Shown one piece after another: positions 10,062 to 20,224 of a DNA stretch of 64,000 nucleotides. Within the stretch, counting starts at the first letter, position 1; every line of letters begins with the position of its first letter. The translations under genes were made by a program, and so were the position numbers. This DNA comes from Candidatus Helarchaeota archaeon (GTDB taxonomy: Archaea; Asgardarchaeota; Lokiarchaeia; Helarchaeales; RDOG01): NCBI GenBank assembly GCA_019058315.1, contig JAHPZH010000009.1:32001-96000 (forward strand), in the 5' to 3' direction. The notes beneath the pieces were generated by a model. That model had not been told where the DNA came from. It did not search any database and was given only the letters and a program-made list of their open reading frames with translations.

Positions 10062-10142
10062 TCCTTTTATAAATTTTTTCTATTTTTGATTGAATTTTAA
10101 TATAAGAGGCTTTATCTTACCATCAAATATTGTCTATTATTT

Positions 10143-10442
10143 TTACAATACTCTCATTTGATTCAATCATCATAATATAATTCCATTTGCGCTAAGCACA
10201 AATAGAACTGCTATGACAGCAAACACCACAATTAGGATAACAATGGCTTTTCAAATCGGAGGGCGTTCACCTTTTATACCTGTATACATAATTAAAATTG
10301 CAGCAGTATAACCAAAGAGACAAAGCGGTCAAACATGTTTAAAGATCGTCATTGACATAATTTCAAACCCTATTTGATACACCATTGCCAGAATTCCAAT
10401 TGAAAATGTTGTTTTATCTTTTATTTCTATTTTATCAACCAC
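10143..10442 (-). pseudogene. Cryptic 3-TM membrane-protein ORF with four in-frame TGA codons
   Basis: Manual translation: MVDKIEIKDKTTFSIGILAMVYQIGFEIMSMTIFKHV*PLCLFGYTAAILIMYTGIKGERPPI*KAIVILIVVFAVIAVLFVLSANGIIL**LNQMRVL, then TAA. All internal stops are TGA and there is no frameshift. Confidence 0.55.
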
Positions 10443-10608
10443 CTAAAATTTATCGTTATTCGTTATGAAAAACGGTTTATTAATTATTAAAAGGAGAAAA
10501 AAATAAATCTTTTTCTTTAACGTTTTTTTTAAGAATGTTAATTAAAATATAAAAAACAATTTAAATTACAAATAATTGATTAAAAAAAAAGAAAAAATCT
10601 GGTTAATA

Positions 10609-10803
10609 TTATGAAAAATAGTTTGGAATCTTCTGATCAAATTCTATTTCTATAAAAATTTCATAAGTTTCGCATTTTGGGCATTTTATATCCTCTAGGA
10701 GAGTTTCTCCATCTACCTTAAAAAATAAATTACATTTCATACAATAAAAACTAAGTGTCGGTTTTTCTTTAATTTCTTTTTTAATTTCAATCAAAAGCAT
10801 CAC
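10609..10803 (-). CDS. Small zinc-ribbon protein
   Basis: CMKC...CPKC pair. Confidence 0.6.
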   Translation of the reverse strand: MMLLIEIKKEIKEKPTLSFYCMKCNLFFKVDGETLLEDIKCPKCETYEIFIEIEFDQKIPNYFS

Positions 10804-11180
10804 ATATTCTCTAATTTTTGGTTAATACTAAAAAATCCCAATTATATTAATATCTATTCCACTAAATTTCTTGTAATATATATAGAGTCATCATAATATT
10901 TAATATTTTGCATTTTCCGAATTGCCTTGAAATGCCGAATTTCGAATTCTCTGGCAGTAAAACTACATTTTTAAAAATTAGTTTTTGAAAATGTTTCAAA
11001 ATTTTTTATCAAAAGTAAAAAAAAAATTATTTGAATTTCATAACAATCAAAATTTTTTATAAAATATCCCTAGATCAAAAAATGATTCTAATAAAAGAAA
11101 AAAACATCTATTGCAATAATTAATGAAATAATTCACTTTCCGTTTATCTAAAGGCAAAAACTCCTCGAATGGATAAAAAA

Positions 11181-12248
11181 TTAGTATTTTCTAAATAATT
11201 TACCCCAACCAGTATTCATAAACCATGAAATTTTCTTTCTGGCTTTGGTTGGATACCAAAATCTATCATGATAAGTTGCTGATAATTTGACAGGTATGTT
11301 AAAAACATTTGTATCGAAGAGAATATGTTTGAGCGGGCTATCATATAATCTTCGATTCCAATATATTACGGGAGACATCTTTGTTTCAGTATGAAAATTC
11401 GGTAATTTCTCCATACCATCATAATCTCCGACTATTTCAATCTGATCTAAGTCTCCAATTCCTAAACCTAAATCATGACACATCTTTATCTTAGGCACTT
11501 TTTCTAATGGAATACCCATTACTTTACACTGAATTGCATCAATTGAAACCATATCACTAGAAGCTAATAGAATATTTCCTAATTTGACATCATGCGTTCT
11601 TGGTCCTGCCCCATCACCTATGATAGTTCCATCTGTTAATGCAAATAAAGGACCGCAGACCTCTTTTTGAACTAATAATAGGTCAGTTAAAATTTCATGA
11701 ATCCACAAATGCGAATGAAATCTAACTTTTTTTAACAACATACCAAATGCATTTTTTAAGGCTCCAGTCATCTCACTATGTCCATGACATTTAATAGTTG
11801 GTAAATGCAATATTTGAGCCTTTAAAACATTTTCTGGGACTATAACTTGCCCAAAAATTTCTTCTAATTTCAAAGTAGGTTTAGATAATTTTACAGGAAC
11901 CCATTTTGTCTTTGTTAAGTCTCCAAACTTAAGCTTATAATTCTTAATTATCGAATTCCAGCGATTATTCTTGAGACCTTTATCAATTTTTGTTACAACG
12001 GTTTCATTTTCTATTGGGACGATTTTTTCTGGACTAAAATCATTATTAATCAAATACTTCATAAGTCCATCAAAGATGTAAGGATGAGTAGAACAAGCGG
12101 GATAAAATAAACTCCAACTTAAATTTAATTTCAATATTGTTTTATCTGTGGGCTTAAATGTTTTTTTCAATCCACCTAATTCCATAGCTCTCTCAATATC
12201 GCTAAAAATTGTTTTTGGAGAGGTCTTTACTGCAGCCACAACGGACAT
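11181..12248 (-). CDS. DUF362-domain protein (putative Fe-S)
   Basis: Motifs LKLNLSW, ACSTHP, KCHGHSEMTGALKNAFG, GDGAGP and SSDMVSID. Confidence 0.8.
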   Translation of the reverse strand: MSVVAAVKTSPKTIFSDIERAMELGGLKKTFKPTDKTILKLNLSWSLFYPACSTHPYIFDGLMKYLINNDFSPEKIVPIENETVVTKIDKGLKNNRWNSIIKNYKLKFGDLTKTKWVPVKLSKPTLKLEEIFGQVIVPENVLKAQILHLPTIKCHGHSEMTGALKNAFGMLLKKVRFHSHLWIHEILTDLLLVQKEVCGPLFALTDGTIIGDGAGPRTHDVKLGNILLASSDMVSIDAIQCKVMGIPLEKVPKIKMCHDLGLGIGDLDQIEIVGDYDGMEKLPNFHTETKMSPVIYWNRRLYDSPLKHILFDTNVFNIPVKLSATYHDRFWYPTKARKKISWFMNTGWGKLFRKY

Positions 12249-12344
12249 TTTTTTTACATCGAAAATCTTTAAACTTAATTACAAAAATTAATAAGAAAAA
12301 TTGTTAAAAATTCTTTTGTTATACTTCGGGAGCTTGAAAAATTC

Positions 12345-14744
12345 ATGGATAGAAAAAAAATTGAAGTATCAACAGAAAAAATAATACTTAACATTATAAA
12401 AAATCGACAAATAGACCTTGTTGAAAATTTAGTAAAAATCGTAAAAAAAGAACATAATATCCCTCAAGAAACAACTCTTAAAATAATAAATCAATTAAAT
12501 TCAGCTGGCAAATTAACGTTACATGATCCAGAACCAGAAATTGAGGATTATTCTGCTTATAGTTTCATTAAATTTATAAAACATAATTCTAATCGAGATT
12601 ATTGGTTTATTTTAATATCAGCTATCCTTGGGTTATTTTTTTCTTTGATTATTCAAAATGAATCTCCCTTTACTCTCCTTAGAGCTATTTTTGGTATATT
12701 TGCATTTTTTTTTAGTTTAGGTTATTTAATTGCCGATTTAACCTTTTTTAAAGAAGAAATGGATACTTATGAAAAAATTACTATTAGTATTGGATTAAGT
12801 ACTGTTATTTCTCCCTTAATACTTTATTTTATAAATTTTACACCATTAAAACTAACGGAAATATATAATACTATTCTATATTCCATAATAATAATTATAG
12901 GATTCATATTTTTATACATAAGATTTAAAAAGACAGATTTAACTAAATTAAAAACTAAAGTACCAATAATAGGTCGCCGAAGACTTTTCACGCTGACAGT
13001 TCTTTGTTTATTAATTGCGGCGTTGGTGAGGGCTTTTAATATCTATCAATATCCTTTATTTGGAACTCCTTCAGACCCTTGGCTTCATTATGGGGTCGCA
13101 AAGGCTGCTATTAATTTAAAATGGTTCGAATTTTATTATGGGGCAATTTATGATGTTTTTTATCCTTTATATTATATGACATTGGTCGGTCTTAAGTTTC
13201 TTTCAGGCTTTGATTTATTATTCATGTGTAAAACAACTCCCATGATAATAAGTGTGTTCACCACATTCATCTTAATAGTTTTATCATATAGAGTAACTAA
13301 AAAATGGGAGATTGGAATTCTTACAGGTCTTTTTAGTTCAACAATGGATGTTATTACTCCTGTGAACTCTGCCACTTTGTGGCCCCAAACAATAGGGTAT
13401 ATGTTTTTCCCACTTATCATTTATGCATTTCTTAAAGTAAGTGAAGAAAGGAAATTGAAAGATATGATATTATCAATAATATTTTTTTCGTATCTTACAG
13501 TCACACATGTTGTAACAATAGCTGCATTAATATCGGCTTTAATTTTAATTGCAATTACTCTATTTTATAGAAAAACGTATAACAAAGAATTCCTCTATAC
13601 ATTAATTATTTGTATTGGTTTCTTTATCGGATGGGGAAGTATTTTTTACACTAGAAAATTAACGGAATTAGTTACTATAAATATATCACGGTTGGATTTT
13701 TCATTAATCCTAGTATTAGGTGGCGCAGCATTATTAGGAATAGGTATTATTTTTTTCTATCTAAAACGATTTGGGCCAACAGTCAGGACAAGTTTTGAAT
13801 TGACATTTACTAAAATGAGTTGGTTAATAATCATTTTAGTTTTCGGAATCGGATTAAACCCACTTTTATGGATGATTTTTCCAATAACTAGTGGATTCGC
13901 TCAAGGGATACCCTTTATTTATTATATAATTATATTCATCGCAGCTTATCCAATGTTAATATTAGGTATTACGGGATTTAGAATAATGTTTCATAGAGGT
14001 GGAATGAGAGATCAATATTTAACTGGTTGGTTAATGGGTCTGATTATAATTGCGGTTTTAATTATGTTTGGGGGAAATTACTTATTTTCGGGGAGAGTTG
14101 CAGCATTTGCTACTGGTTTATTCATTATATTAGCTTCAATTGCTATATTTTCAATTTTTTCTACCATGAAAAATCGGACTAGAAAGCAAATACTAATATT
14201 GTCTTTAATTACTGCATACTCAACACCCTTTGCTATTTTATACAGATATCCACTAGTTTATGGGATTGAAGAGACGCGATATTCCGAATATCAGAGTTTA
14301 GCTTGGTTAGCTCCTCATGTCACATCCTTTCCGGTTTTTATAGGTGATAATAGGGCATTATATCTAGTAGAAGGTGTTGTATGGAATCCAGTGATGAGTC
14401 TTCAATTCATTGGAGATATTCCATTGTTTGATTCAACAGAACAGATATTATTAGCATATTTTACTGGATTATTTCCTCATTTTTTCAGATTAGGTATATA
14501 TACGTATTATTTTAAATTTTTAAAGGAATTTCTAGAACCTCTAGTAGACTTGGGCTTTGGTCCTGTTTATATAATTATCTTTAGGTACTTTTATGAAGTT
14601 GGTCCAATTGATTTATTCGGTCGAGATGAGACTATCCCTACTATTCCGTTGACTATCTATGATTGGTTCATGTATAGTAATTCTGAAAATTATAATAAGA
14701 TATTTGATAATTGGTTTGAACAAATTTACATTCCAAATCTTTAG
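12345..14744 (+). CDS. Large polytopic protein: small soluble N-domain + DUF1616-like TM domain + GT-C-like domain
   Basis: DUF1616-like LRAIFG..GY..EKITISIGLS..NFTP; SDPWLH in the first external loop; WPQ and THVVT motifs; C-terminal external domain. Confidence 0.6.
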   Translation: MDRKKIEVSTEKIILNIIKNRQIDLVENLVKIVKKEHNIPQETTLKIINQLNSAGKLTLHDPEPEIEDYSAYSFIKFIKHNSNRDYWFILISAILGLFFSLIIQNESPFTLLRAIFGIFAFFFSLGYLIADLTFFKEEMDTYEKITISIGLSTVISPLILYFINFTPLKLTEIYNTILYSIIIIIGFIFLYIRFKKTDLTKLKTKVPIIGRRRLFTLTVLCLLIAALVRAFNIYQYPLFGTPSDPWLHYGVAKAAINLKWFEFYYGAIYDVFYPLYYMTLVGLKFLSGFDLLFMCKTTPMIISVFTTFILIVLSYRVTKKWEIGILTGLFSSTMDVITPVNSATLWPQTIGYMFFPLIIYAFLKVSEERKLKDMILSIIFFSYLTVTHVVTIAALISALILIAITLFYRKTYNKEFLYTLIICIGFFIGWGSIFYTRKLTELVTINISRLDFSLILVLGGAALLGIGIIFFYLKRFGPTVRTSFELTFTKMSWLIIILVFGIGLNPLLWMIFPITSGFAQGIPFIYYIIIFIAAYPMLILGITGFRIMFHRGGMRDQYLTGWLMGLIIIAVLIMFGGNYLFSGRVAAFATGLFIILASIAIFSIFSTMKNRTRKQILILSLITAYSTPFAILYRYPLVYGIEETRYSEYQSLAWLAPHVTSFPVFIGDNRALYLVEGVVWNPVMSLQFIGDIPLFDSTEQILLAYFTGLFPHFFRLGIYTYYFKFLKEFLEPLVDLGFGPVYIIIFRYFYEVGPIDLFGRDETIPTIPLTIYDWFMYSNSENYNKIFDNWFEQIYIPNL

Positions 14745-14758
14745 AAATTACATAAAAA

Positions 14759-15451
14759 GTGATACTTTTGTCAATCCGTGGAAAAACCTATAGAGATGAA
14801 TTGTCTGACGAAATTGTGAAAAAATTATTAGCGAATCCCTACACGGTTCATTCGAAGATGCTTGAAATAGTAGGGAAAAACAAGACTATATTAGAAGTTG
14901 GTTGCGCAACAGGTTATATGACTAAAAGGTTTAAAAAAAATAATTGCAATATTACTGGTATTGAAATCAATCCAAAAAGTGCAGACCTTGCTAAGCAATA
15001 TTGTGATCAAATAATTATAGGTGACATTGAAATAGAAAAAGATCTTCCTTTAAAAAAGGAATATTTTGACTTTATTTTATTTGCTGATGTGCTTGAGCAC
15101 TTACGTTTTCCTCTTCGAACACTATTTAAGTTTAAAAAATATTTAAAACCTGAAGGAAAATTCTTTATTTCTCTCCCTAATGTTGCAAATTATCGTGTAC
15201 GACTGAATCTATTAACTGGCAGATTTAATTATACAGAAATTGGATTGCTAGATAAAACACATCTTAGATTTTTTACAATTAATACAGCTAAACAACTTAT
15301 ACGGGATGCTGGATTAAAAATAGTAAAATTGGACGTATCTCCAAGTTGGAATAGTTCAATCAATTTATTAAATAAATTATATTATTTAATTACTAAAACT
15401 TGGAAAAGCTTATTTGCTTATAGTATCCTAATTCTAGCCTCAAAAAAATAA
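14759..15451 (+). CDS. Class I SAM-dependent methyltransferase
   Basis: Motifs LEVGCATG, DVLEH, SLPN and GLLDKTHLRFFT. Confidence 0.85.
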   Translation: MILLSIRGKTYRDELSDEIVKKLLANPYTVHSKMLEIVGKNKTILEVGCATGYMTKRFKKNNCNITGIEINPKSADLAKQYCDQIIIGDIEIEKDLPLKKEYFDFILFADVLEHLRFPLRTLFKFKKYLKPEGKFFISLPNVANYRVRLNLLTGRFNYTEIGLLDKTHLRFFTINTAKQLIRDAGLKIVKLDVSPSWNSSINLLNKLYYLITKTWKSLFAYSILILASKK

Positions 15452-15462
15452 AACTCAGTAAT

Positions 15463-16665
15463 TTAAATTTTTAGTAGAAAATCTTTTAATTTTTCAAATC
15501 TTGCTTCCCAAGTGTTTTGCTGCAAAAATTTATCAATTTTTTCCGGTTCAATTTCAGCTGATAAACTGATGTCTATATTCTTTAGAAATTCTTCATAATT
15601 CTTTGAAATATAAACATATGGAAATCCTACCATTTCCCTTAGAAATATTGATACAACAGGTTTTCCTCCCGCAAGTGACTCGTAGATCTTAACGGGATGC
15701 CCTGAATCAGTTACTTGTTTTAATGAAACAAATGGGATTAGAGTTGTGTCGAAATAATGGATGTATTGAGGAAGATCTTCGTATTTTTTAGCTCCCAATA
15801 AGAAAAAATTTTCGTTATTACTTTTTATTTGTTTTAGTTTATCATTAAAAGCGGGATCAATATTCCCAATAAAAACAAAATTGTAATTTGGACGTTTCGA
15901 AATTACATAATCTAATAGTTTTGCATCTAAATGCTCAGCTATCAACCCAAAAAATCCTATAATGGGATTACCAGAAGGTAAATCAGGAGGTCTCGAACAC
16001 TTCTCTCTCGCTTTAATGAAATGATGAAATTCAGCCCCATTTGTTAAATAATACGTATTTTTATTGAATTTTAATGCCCTTTCTTGGAGATATTTAGCTG
16101 TCGCTAATACAAAATCGGAATTTTTTATTAAATATTCTTCTTTTGCTAAGATTTGAGTTGTGGGTGAATCCCAGTAAGATATATCATCTACGCTGTCATA
16201 AATAAGCTTAAATCCCATTTTCTTAAAAAATGGAATATATTCAACTAACAAAGGAAATTGATAAAGTACAACTTTTTTTTCAGAAGTTGAATATGTATTA
16301 AATTTTCTAATATACGCTTTTTGAACATCTTGAGTTTTTTCTTGATGAGTGGTCTTTAAAAAATTAAATATTCTTAAGATTTGTAGACGGCGTAAAATTC
16401 TTATAGCCAATGAATCAATTTTAGATTCTAAACGTGATCCTTTTTTTAAACGATTGAAGGGATTTAAGTCAAATTCGTAAGGATTATGCCATATTTCTAA
16501 ATTAGGAATTGTTCTTCCCTTTTCTTTTTCTTTATCAAAATGTACATTTGGAAAATTTACAAATAGGACCCTATTACCATCATTTGAAAATAATTCTGCA
16601 AAATGATGGATTCTGTTATAGGTAGAAACATTCCAAGGAATTGGGTTAATCAATATTACATCCAT
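15463..16665 (-). CDS. GT-B glycosyltransferase (GT4/TuaH-like)
   Basis: Motifs YDSVDD, NGAEF, IGFFG and PVKIYESLAGGKPVVS. Confidence 0.8.
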   Translation of the reverse strand: MDVILINPIPWNVSTYNRIHHFAELFSNDGNRVLFVNFPNVHFDKEKEKGRTIPNLEIWHNPYEFDLNPFNRLKKGSRLESKIDSLAIRILRRLQILRIFNFLKTTHQEKTQDVQKAYIRKFNTYSTSEKKVVLYQFPLLVEYIPFFKKMGFKLIYDSVDDISYWDSPTTQILAKEEYLIKNSDFVLATAKYLQERALKFNKNTYYLTNGAEFHHFIKAREKCSRPPDLPSGNPIIGFFGLIAEHLDAKLLDYVISKRPNYNFVFIGNIDPAFNDKLKQIKSNNENFFLLGAKKYEDLPQYIHYFDTTLIPFVSLKQVTDSGHPVKIYESLAGGKPVVSIFLREMVGFPYVYISKNYEEFLKNIDISLSAEIEPEKIDKFLQQNTWEARFEKLKDFLLKI

Positions 16666-16755
16666 AGTAAATTTTCCTCAATTCAATAAGTAACAACCTA
16701 ATTATTTATTTTGATATTTTATATTAACAAAATTCTAAAAATAACGCTTAAAAAT

Positions 16756-17877
16756 TTAGCTCATATTTCCAATAACCCATTTTAAAGAATATTTATACCT
16801 AGATTTTTCCCAAAGAATGCGTAAAACCCAAATCCCGCAATAGAAAGAAAAAGAAATTATATAATGGGAAAATAACGAAATCTTATTTGGTCCACCAAAA
16901 ATGGATAAAAGATACCATCCAAAATAAGCATGTAGAACAAGAATCGTTAGAGATATTTCTCCTAAAAAAGTAATTATGCTAAATATTTGGATTTCTTTAC
17001 CCTTAATATCTTGAATCCAATAAAAAAATATAAAAATTAAAAATACAATCCCTTGAGACCAAAAATTGTAGCCAGTATTCCCTACCATTTTATCAGCAGG
17101 AGTTAATGGATAAAGATTTGATAATATTTCTAAAATTAATCCTCCTATTATAAAGACAATTCCTAATATTATAAATTTCTTAAAAAATGAATTATCTTCT
17201 TGGTTAGTTGCATGTTTTAAAATTGATTTTCCCACCCATACTCCTACAATTACAAAAAATATGTGAGGAAATATCGGAAATCCAGGAGTTACTAAGACTC
17301 CTCTAATAAATGCAAAAATATCCCAAGGAGATTTATAACCAATGATAGTAAGATAATTGTAATCAAAATAGAGAGCGGAATCTGCTTGATAATCTAAAAG
17401 AACTCTTAAAATTGGGCTAAGAATAATGACGACAATGGCACATAACCAAATTGTTCTATCAGAGTATTTCTCAAGAAAATATGAAATTATTATTGAAATT
17501 CCTATTAAAGATAAAATCCCCCAAGCCCAGACTGATTGAAGACCAAATACAGTGGGACTTAATATAAAATGTAAAATTATAATCACTAATCCTCTTTTAA
17601 TAATATGGGATTTGATTTCTTCTTCAGATTCACCCTTGTTTCTTCTATTAGTTGTTGATAAAACTACACTAATCCCTACAATCATAAGAAAAATCGGAGC
17701 TCCAACAATACCTAAAAAATGAATAATCGTTATGGGCTCTAAAACTGACCGGATAACAAAAAGATTTGCAAAATGAAATATTAACATAATAAAGACTGCA
17801 AAACCTCTTAAAAAATCTATAGATTTAAGCCTTGGAATTTTTAACTTAGCTAGGATAATGTCATTTTTTTTTTGCAA
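16756..17877 (-). CDS. DUF1624/HGSNAT-like membrane acyltransferase, paralog E
   Basis: Motifs RLKSIDFLRG-x9-H, PIFLMIVG, IIKRG, FPIFP, SLTILVLH and KYSLKW. Confidence 0.8.
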   Translation of the reverse strand: MQKKNDIILAKLKIPRLKSIDFLRGFAVFIMLIFHFANLFVIRSVLEPITIIHFLGIVGAPIFLMIVGISVVLSTTNRRNKGESEEEIKSHIIKRGLVIIILHFILSPTVFGLQSVWAWGILSLIGISIIISYFLEKYSDRTIWLCAIVVIILSPILRVLLDYQADSALYFDYNYLTIIGYKSPWDIFAFIRGVLVTPGFPIFPHIFFVIVGVWVGKSILKHATNQEDNSFFKKFIILGIVFIIGGLILEILSNLYPLTPADKMVGNTGYNFWSQGIVFLIFIFFYWIQDIKGKEIQIFSIITFLGEISLTILVLHAYFGWYLLSIFGGPNKISLFSHYIISFSFYCGIWVLRILWEKSRYKYSLKWVIGNMS

Positions 17878-17932
17878 TCTATCTCACTTAATATTAGGCT
17901 ACCAATTTGATAATAAAATCAGATTATTAAAT

Positions 17933-19015
17933 TTAACTTAATTTTCTTAATAAATATTCTAAGCTTCCCTTAAATTTGATTTTACTCCAGTATGTGCCTA
18001 AAATTAAAAAAACCAAGATAAAAAATAGAAGAATTATATAGAATGAATATATTGATAGTTTTTGAACGCCACCACTCAAAAAAATCACACTATAACCAAA
18101 AACTACATGGATATAAAAGAGAGTTAAAGATAAACTACTTAATAATGTGAAGATACCAGAGGAGGGGACTTTATTAATATCTTGAATCCAATAAATTACT
18201 ATAAAAACCAAACCCCAAATACCAAAACTTTGAATTAAATGAATTCCTAGATCCCAAGGACCAAAATTCGGATTGAATCTTATTATAGTAGTTATAAAAA
18301 TTATAAAAATAAATGCTGTTAGTAACTTTATCAATAATTTTGATGACATTTCTCCATTTTTTGTATTTATAATATACTCTGCAAGTATAGATCCAAATAT
18401 AGCCATGGATGATTGTGGAATAATCGGACAAGTTCCATTAGATATCATACCCGCAATAAACCTATCCAAAGACCACGGTGCATTATATATAAGCAAAGTA
18501 TAATCTAGTTCGATATGGAGAATTATTCGCAAAGCTGGATAAAAAAACATCATTAAGCTTATAAGAATTAATCTCCATTTTATTGAAATTTTAGAAGTAT
18601 AATAAATTATAATCCCAGAAATTGCAATTGTTCCGATTTCGTCCCACCACCAGACATTTTTACCTGGTTCCCAATAAAAATAAACAAAATGAAGAAAAAA
18701 ATGAAAAAGAAGTAATAATAAACCACGTTTTATCACATGAGTTCGAATTTCTGATTCTGGAAAACCTTGTATTCTCCTTCTCTCAATTGCAATTCTTTGA
18801 CTCATTCCTGAGACCATAATAAAGATCGGCGCTGCAACCATTCCAAGATATGGTATATATGATAATAGAAATTCATGTCTCCAATATCCAAAAAACCATA
18901 ATGCACTGGCAGAAGTCCACCATGAGGCAAAATGAAACATTAAATAGAAAATAACACAAAGACCTCTTAACGTATCAATTGAATTAATTCTTTCCGTTTT
19001 TTCCAATTGAATCAC
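17933..19015 (-). CDS. DUF1624/HGSNAT-like membrane acyltransferase, paralog D
   Basis: Motifs RINSIDTLRG-x9-H, PIFIMVSG, VIKRG, SLTLFYIH and KGSLEY. Confidence 0.8.
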   Translation of the reverse strand: MIQLEKTERINSIDTLRGLCVIFYLMFHFASWWTSASALWFFGYWRHEFLLSYIPYLGMVAAPIFIMVSGMSQRIAIERRRIQGFPESEIRTHVIKRGLLLLLFHFFLHFVYFYWEPGKNVWWWDEIGTIAISGIIIYYTSKISIKWRLILISLMMFFYPALRIILHIELDYTLLIYNAPWSLDRFIAGMISNGTCPIIPQSSMAIFGSILAEYIINTKNGEMSSKLLIKLLTAFIFIIFITTIIRFNPNFGPWDLGIHLIQSFGIWGLVFIVIYWIQDINKVPSSGIFTLLSSLSLTLFYIHVVFGYSVIFLSGGVQKLSIYSFYIILLFFILVFLILGTYWSKIKFKGSLEYLLRKLS

Positions 19016-19037
19016 AAATTCCCCAATAAAAGGAATT

Positions 19038-20135
19038 TTAACTTAAAGTACCTAAAAGCCATTCAAGCGAATACTGAAAATTATTTCTTTTCCATAATTC
19101 ACCTAAAATATAAGTAAAAACAAAGAATAATAAAAAAATAATAAAAAATGAGTACATCCGTAGGATTTGTTCGCCTCCGACGACTTCAACAACAGCGACC
19201 ATAAAATATGCATGAATGAAAAATAAAGTTAAAGTTAATCTACCAACTAAATTAATAATATCTAGAACCACAAATTTCACCCGTTTCATATCTTCTAACC
19301 AATAAAAACCTGCTATTATAAAGCAATTCAGACCTATCACCCATATAATGTTACCAGTATTAAAAATATTTAAATCAGCTATTGTAAAAGTTGGGAATTT
19401 TATAATATCCATAATAAGGCCTAGGGGAAATAGAATTGCCCCAATTATCATCAATTTTTTTAATGCTTTGTTTATATTATTTTCTTTAATTCCCGTAATT
19501 AAATATTCACCTAAAATACTACCTGCAATTACAAATCCAATCCACGGAAATAATGCAAAGCCTGGTGCAATTAATGTTGCTTTTAGCCATTCAATAATTG
19601 TCCATGGGGCTGCAAATCCAACTCTACCAATAAAATCATTAACATCAATAAATAATAAACGTAAAAATGGAGAAACTCCAATAATAATTCCTGCTATTAT
19701 TCCTCGAGTTAATTTAGAATATCGCATTAGGAAACAATTTATAATTATTGAAAAACCTAATAATGAAAAAATCCCACTCGCCCATGAGGCAGCGAATCCA
19801 AATGCTCCTATATTCATTAGTTGGTTTAGAAATATTAAAATAAATCCTCGCTTAATAATGTGTTTAAGGCTCTCTTTTGAAGGTTCTCCTCTTAATTTTC
19901 TATTTTCTAATGATAAAGTTAAAGAAACTCCTGGGATTATTATAAACAATGGCAACCCGATAATATAAATTATTGACATATAATCCAATTGAGCTTTTAG
20001 AAAAGGGATAACCCAAAGGTTTGAAAAATGAATTTGGAGCATATTTATTAATTTAAGACCTCTTAGACTATCTAATGAATAGATACGAGGAATTCTAGTA
20101 ATTTTTTTTGTATTAATATCATTCAAGAATATCAC
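19038..20135 (-). CDS. DUF1624/HGSNAT-like membrane acyltransferase, paralog C
   Basis: Motifs RIYSLDSLRG-x9-H, PLFIIIPG, IIKRG, LFPW, TLTLFFIH and QYSLEW. Confidence 0.8.
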   Translation of the reverse strand: MIFLNDINTKKITRIPRIYSLDSLRGLKLINMLQIHFSNLWVIPFLKAQLDYMSIIYIIGLPLFIIIPGVSLTLSLENRKLRGEPSKESLKHIIKRGFILIFLNQLMNIGAFGFAASWASGIFSLLGFSIIINCFLMRYSKLTRGIIAGIIIGVSPFLRLLFIDVNDFIGRVGFAAPWTIIEWLKATLIAPGFALFPWIGFVIAGSILGEYLITGIKENNINKALKKLMIIGAILFPLGLIMDIIKFPTFTIADLNIFNTGNIIWVIGLNCFIIAGFYWLEDMKRVKFVVLDIINLVGRLTLTLFFIHAYFMVAVVEVVGGEQILRMYSFFIIFLLFFVFTYILGELWKRNNFQYSLEWLLGTLS

Positions 20136-20224
20136 TAGGGCATTTAAAAACTACAATTTTTCTATGAGATTAAATTAAATCGAAACAATTTATCAGAGAA
20201 TTATTAGAAAATAATGAGGAATAA

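Noticed and set aside
10090-10130. Possible SECIS-like hairpin downstream of the TGA-containing ORF (UUGA..UAAGA-UAAAGCC-UCUUA on the minus strand)
   Set aside because: The stem is short, the 3' GA of the quartet is missing, and the TGA contexts fit Trp rather than redox-active Sec.
12345-14744. AglB/STT3 oligosaccharyltransferase call
   Set aside because: DPW is present, but there is no WWDYG motif and the architecture differs.
19348-19968. 206-aa plus-strand ORF and the many other short antisense or alternate-frame ORFs in the track (e.g. 1372-1647, 20814-21239, 41188-41547, 59946-60266)
   Set aside because: They lie within well-supported genes and are shadow frames with no motifs.
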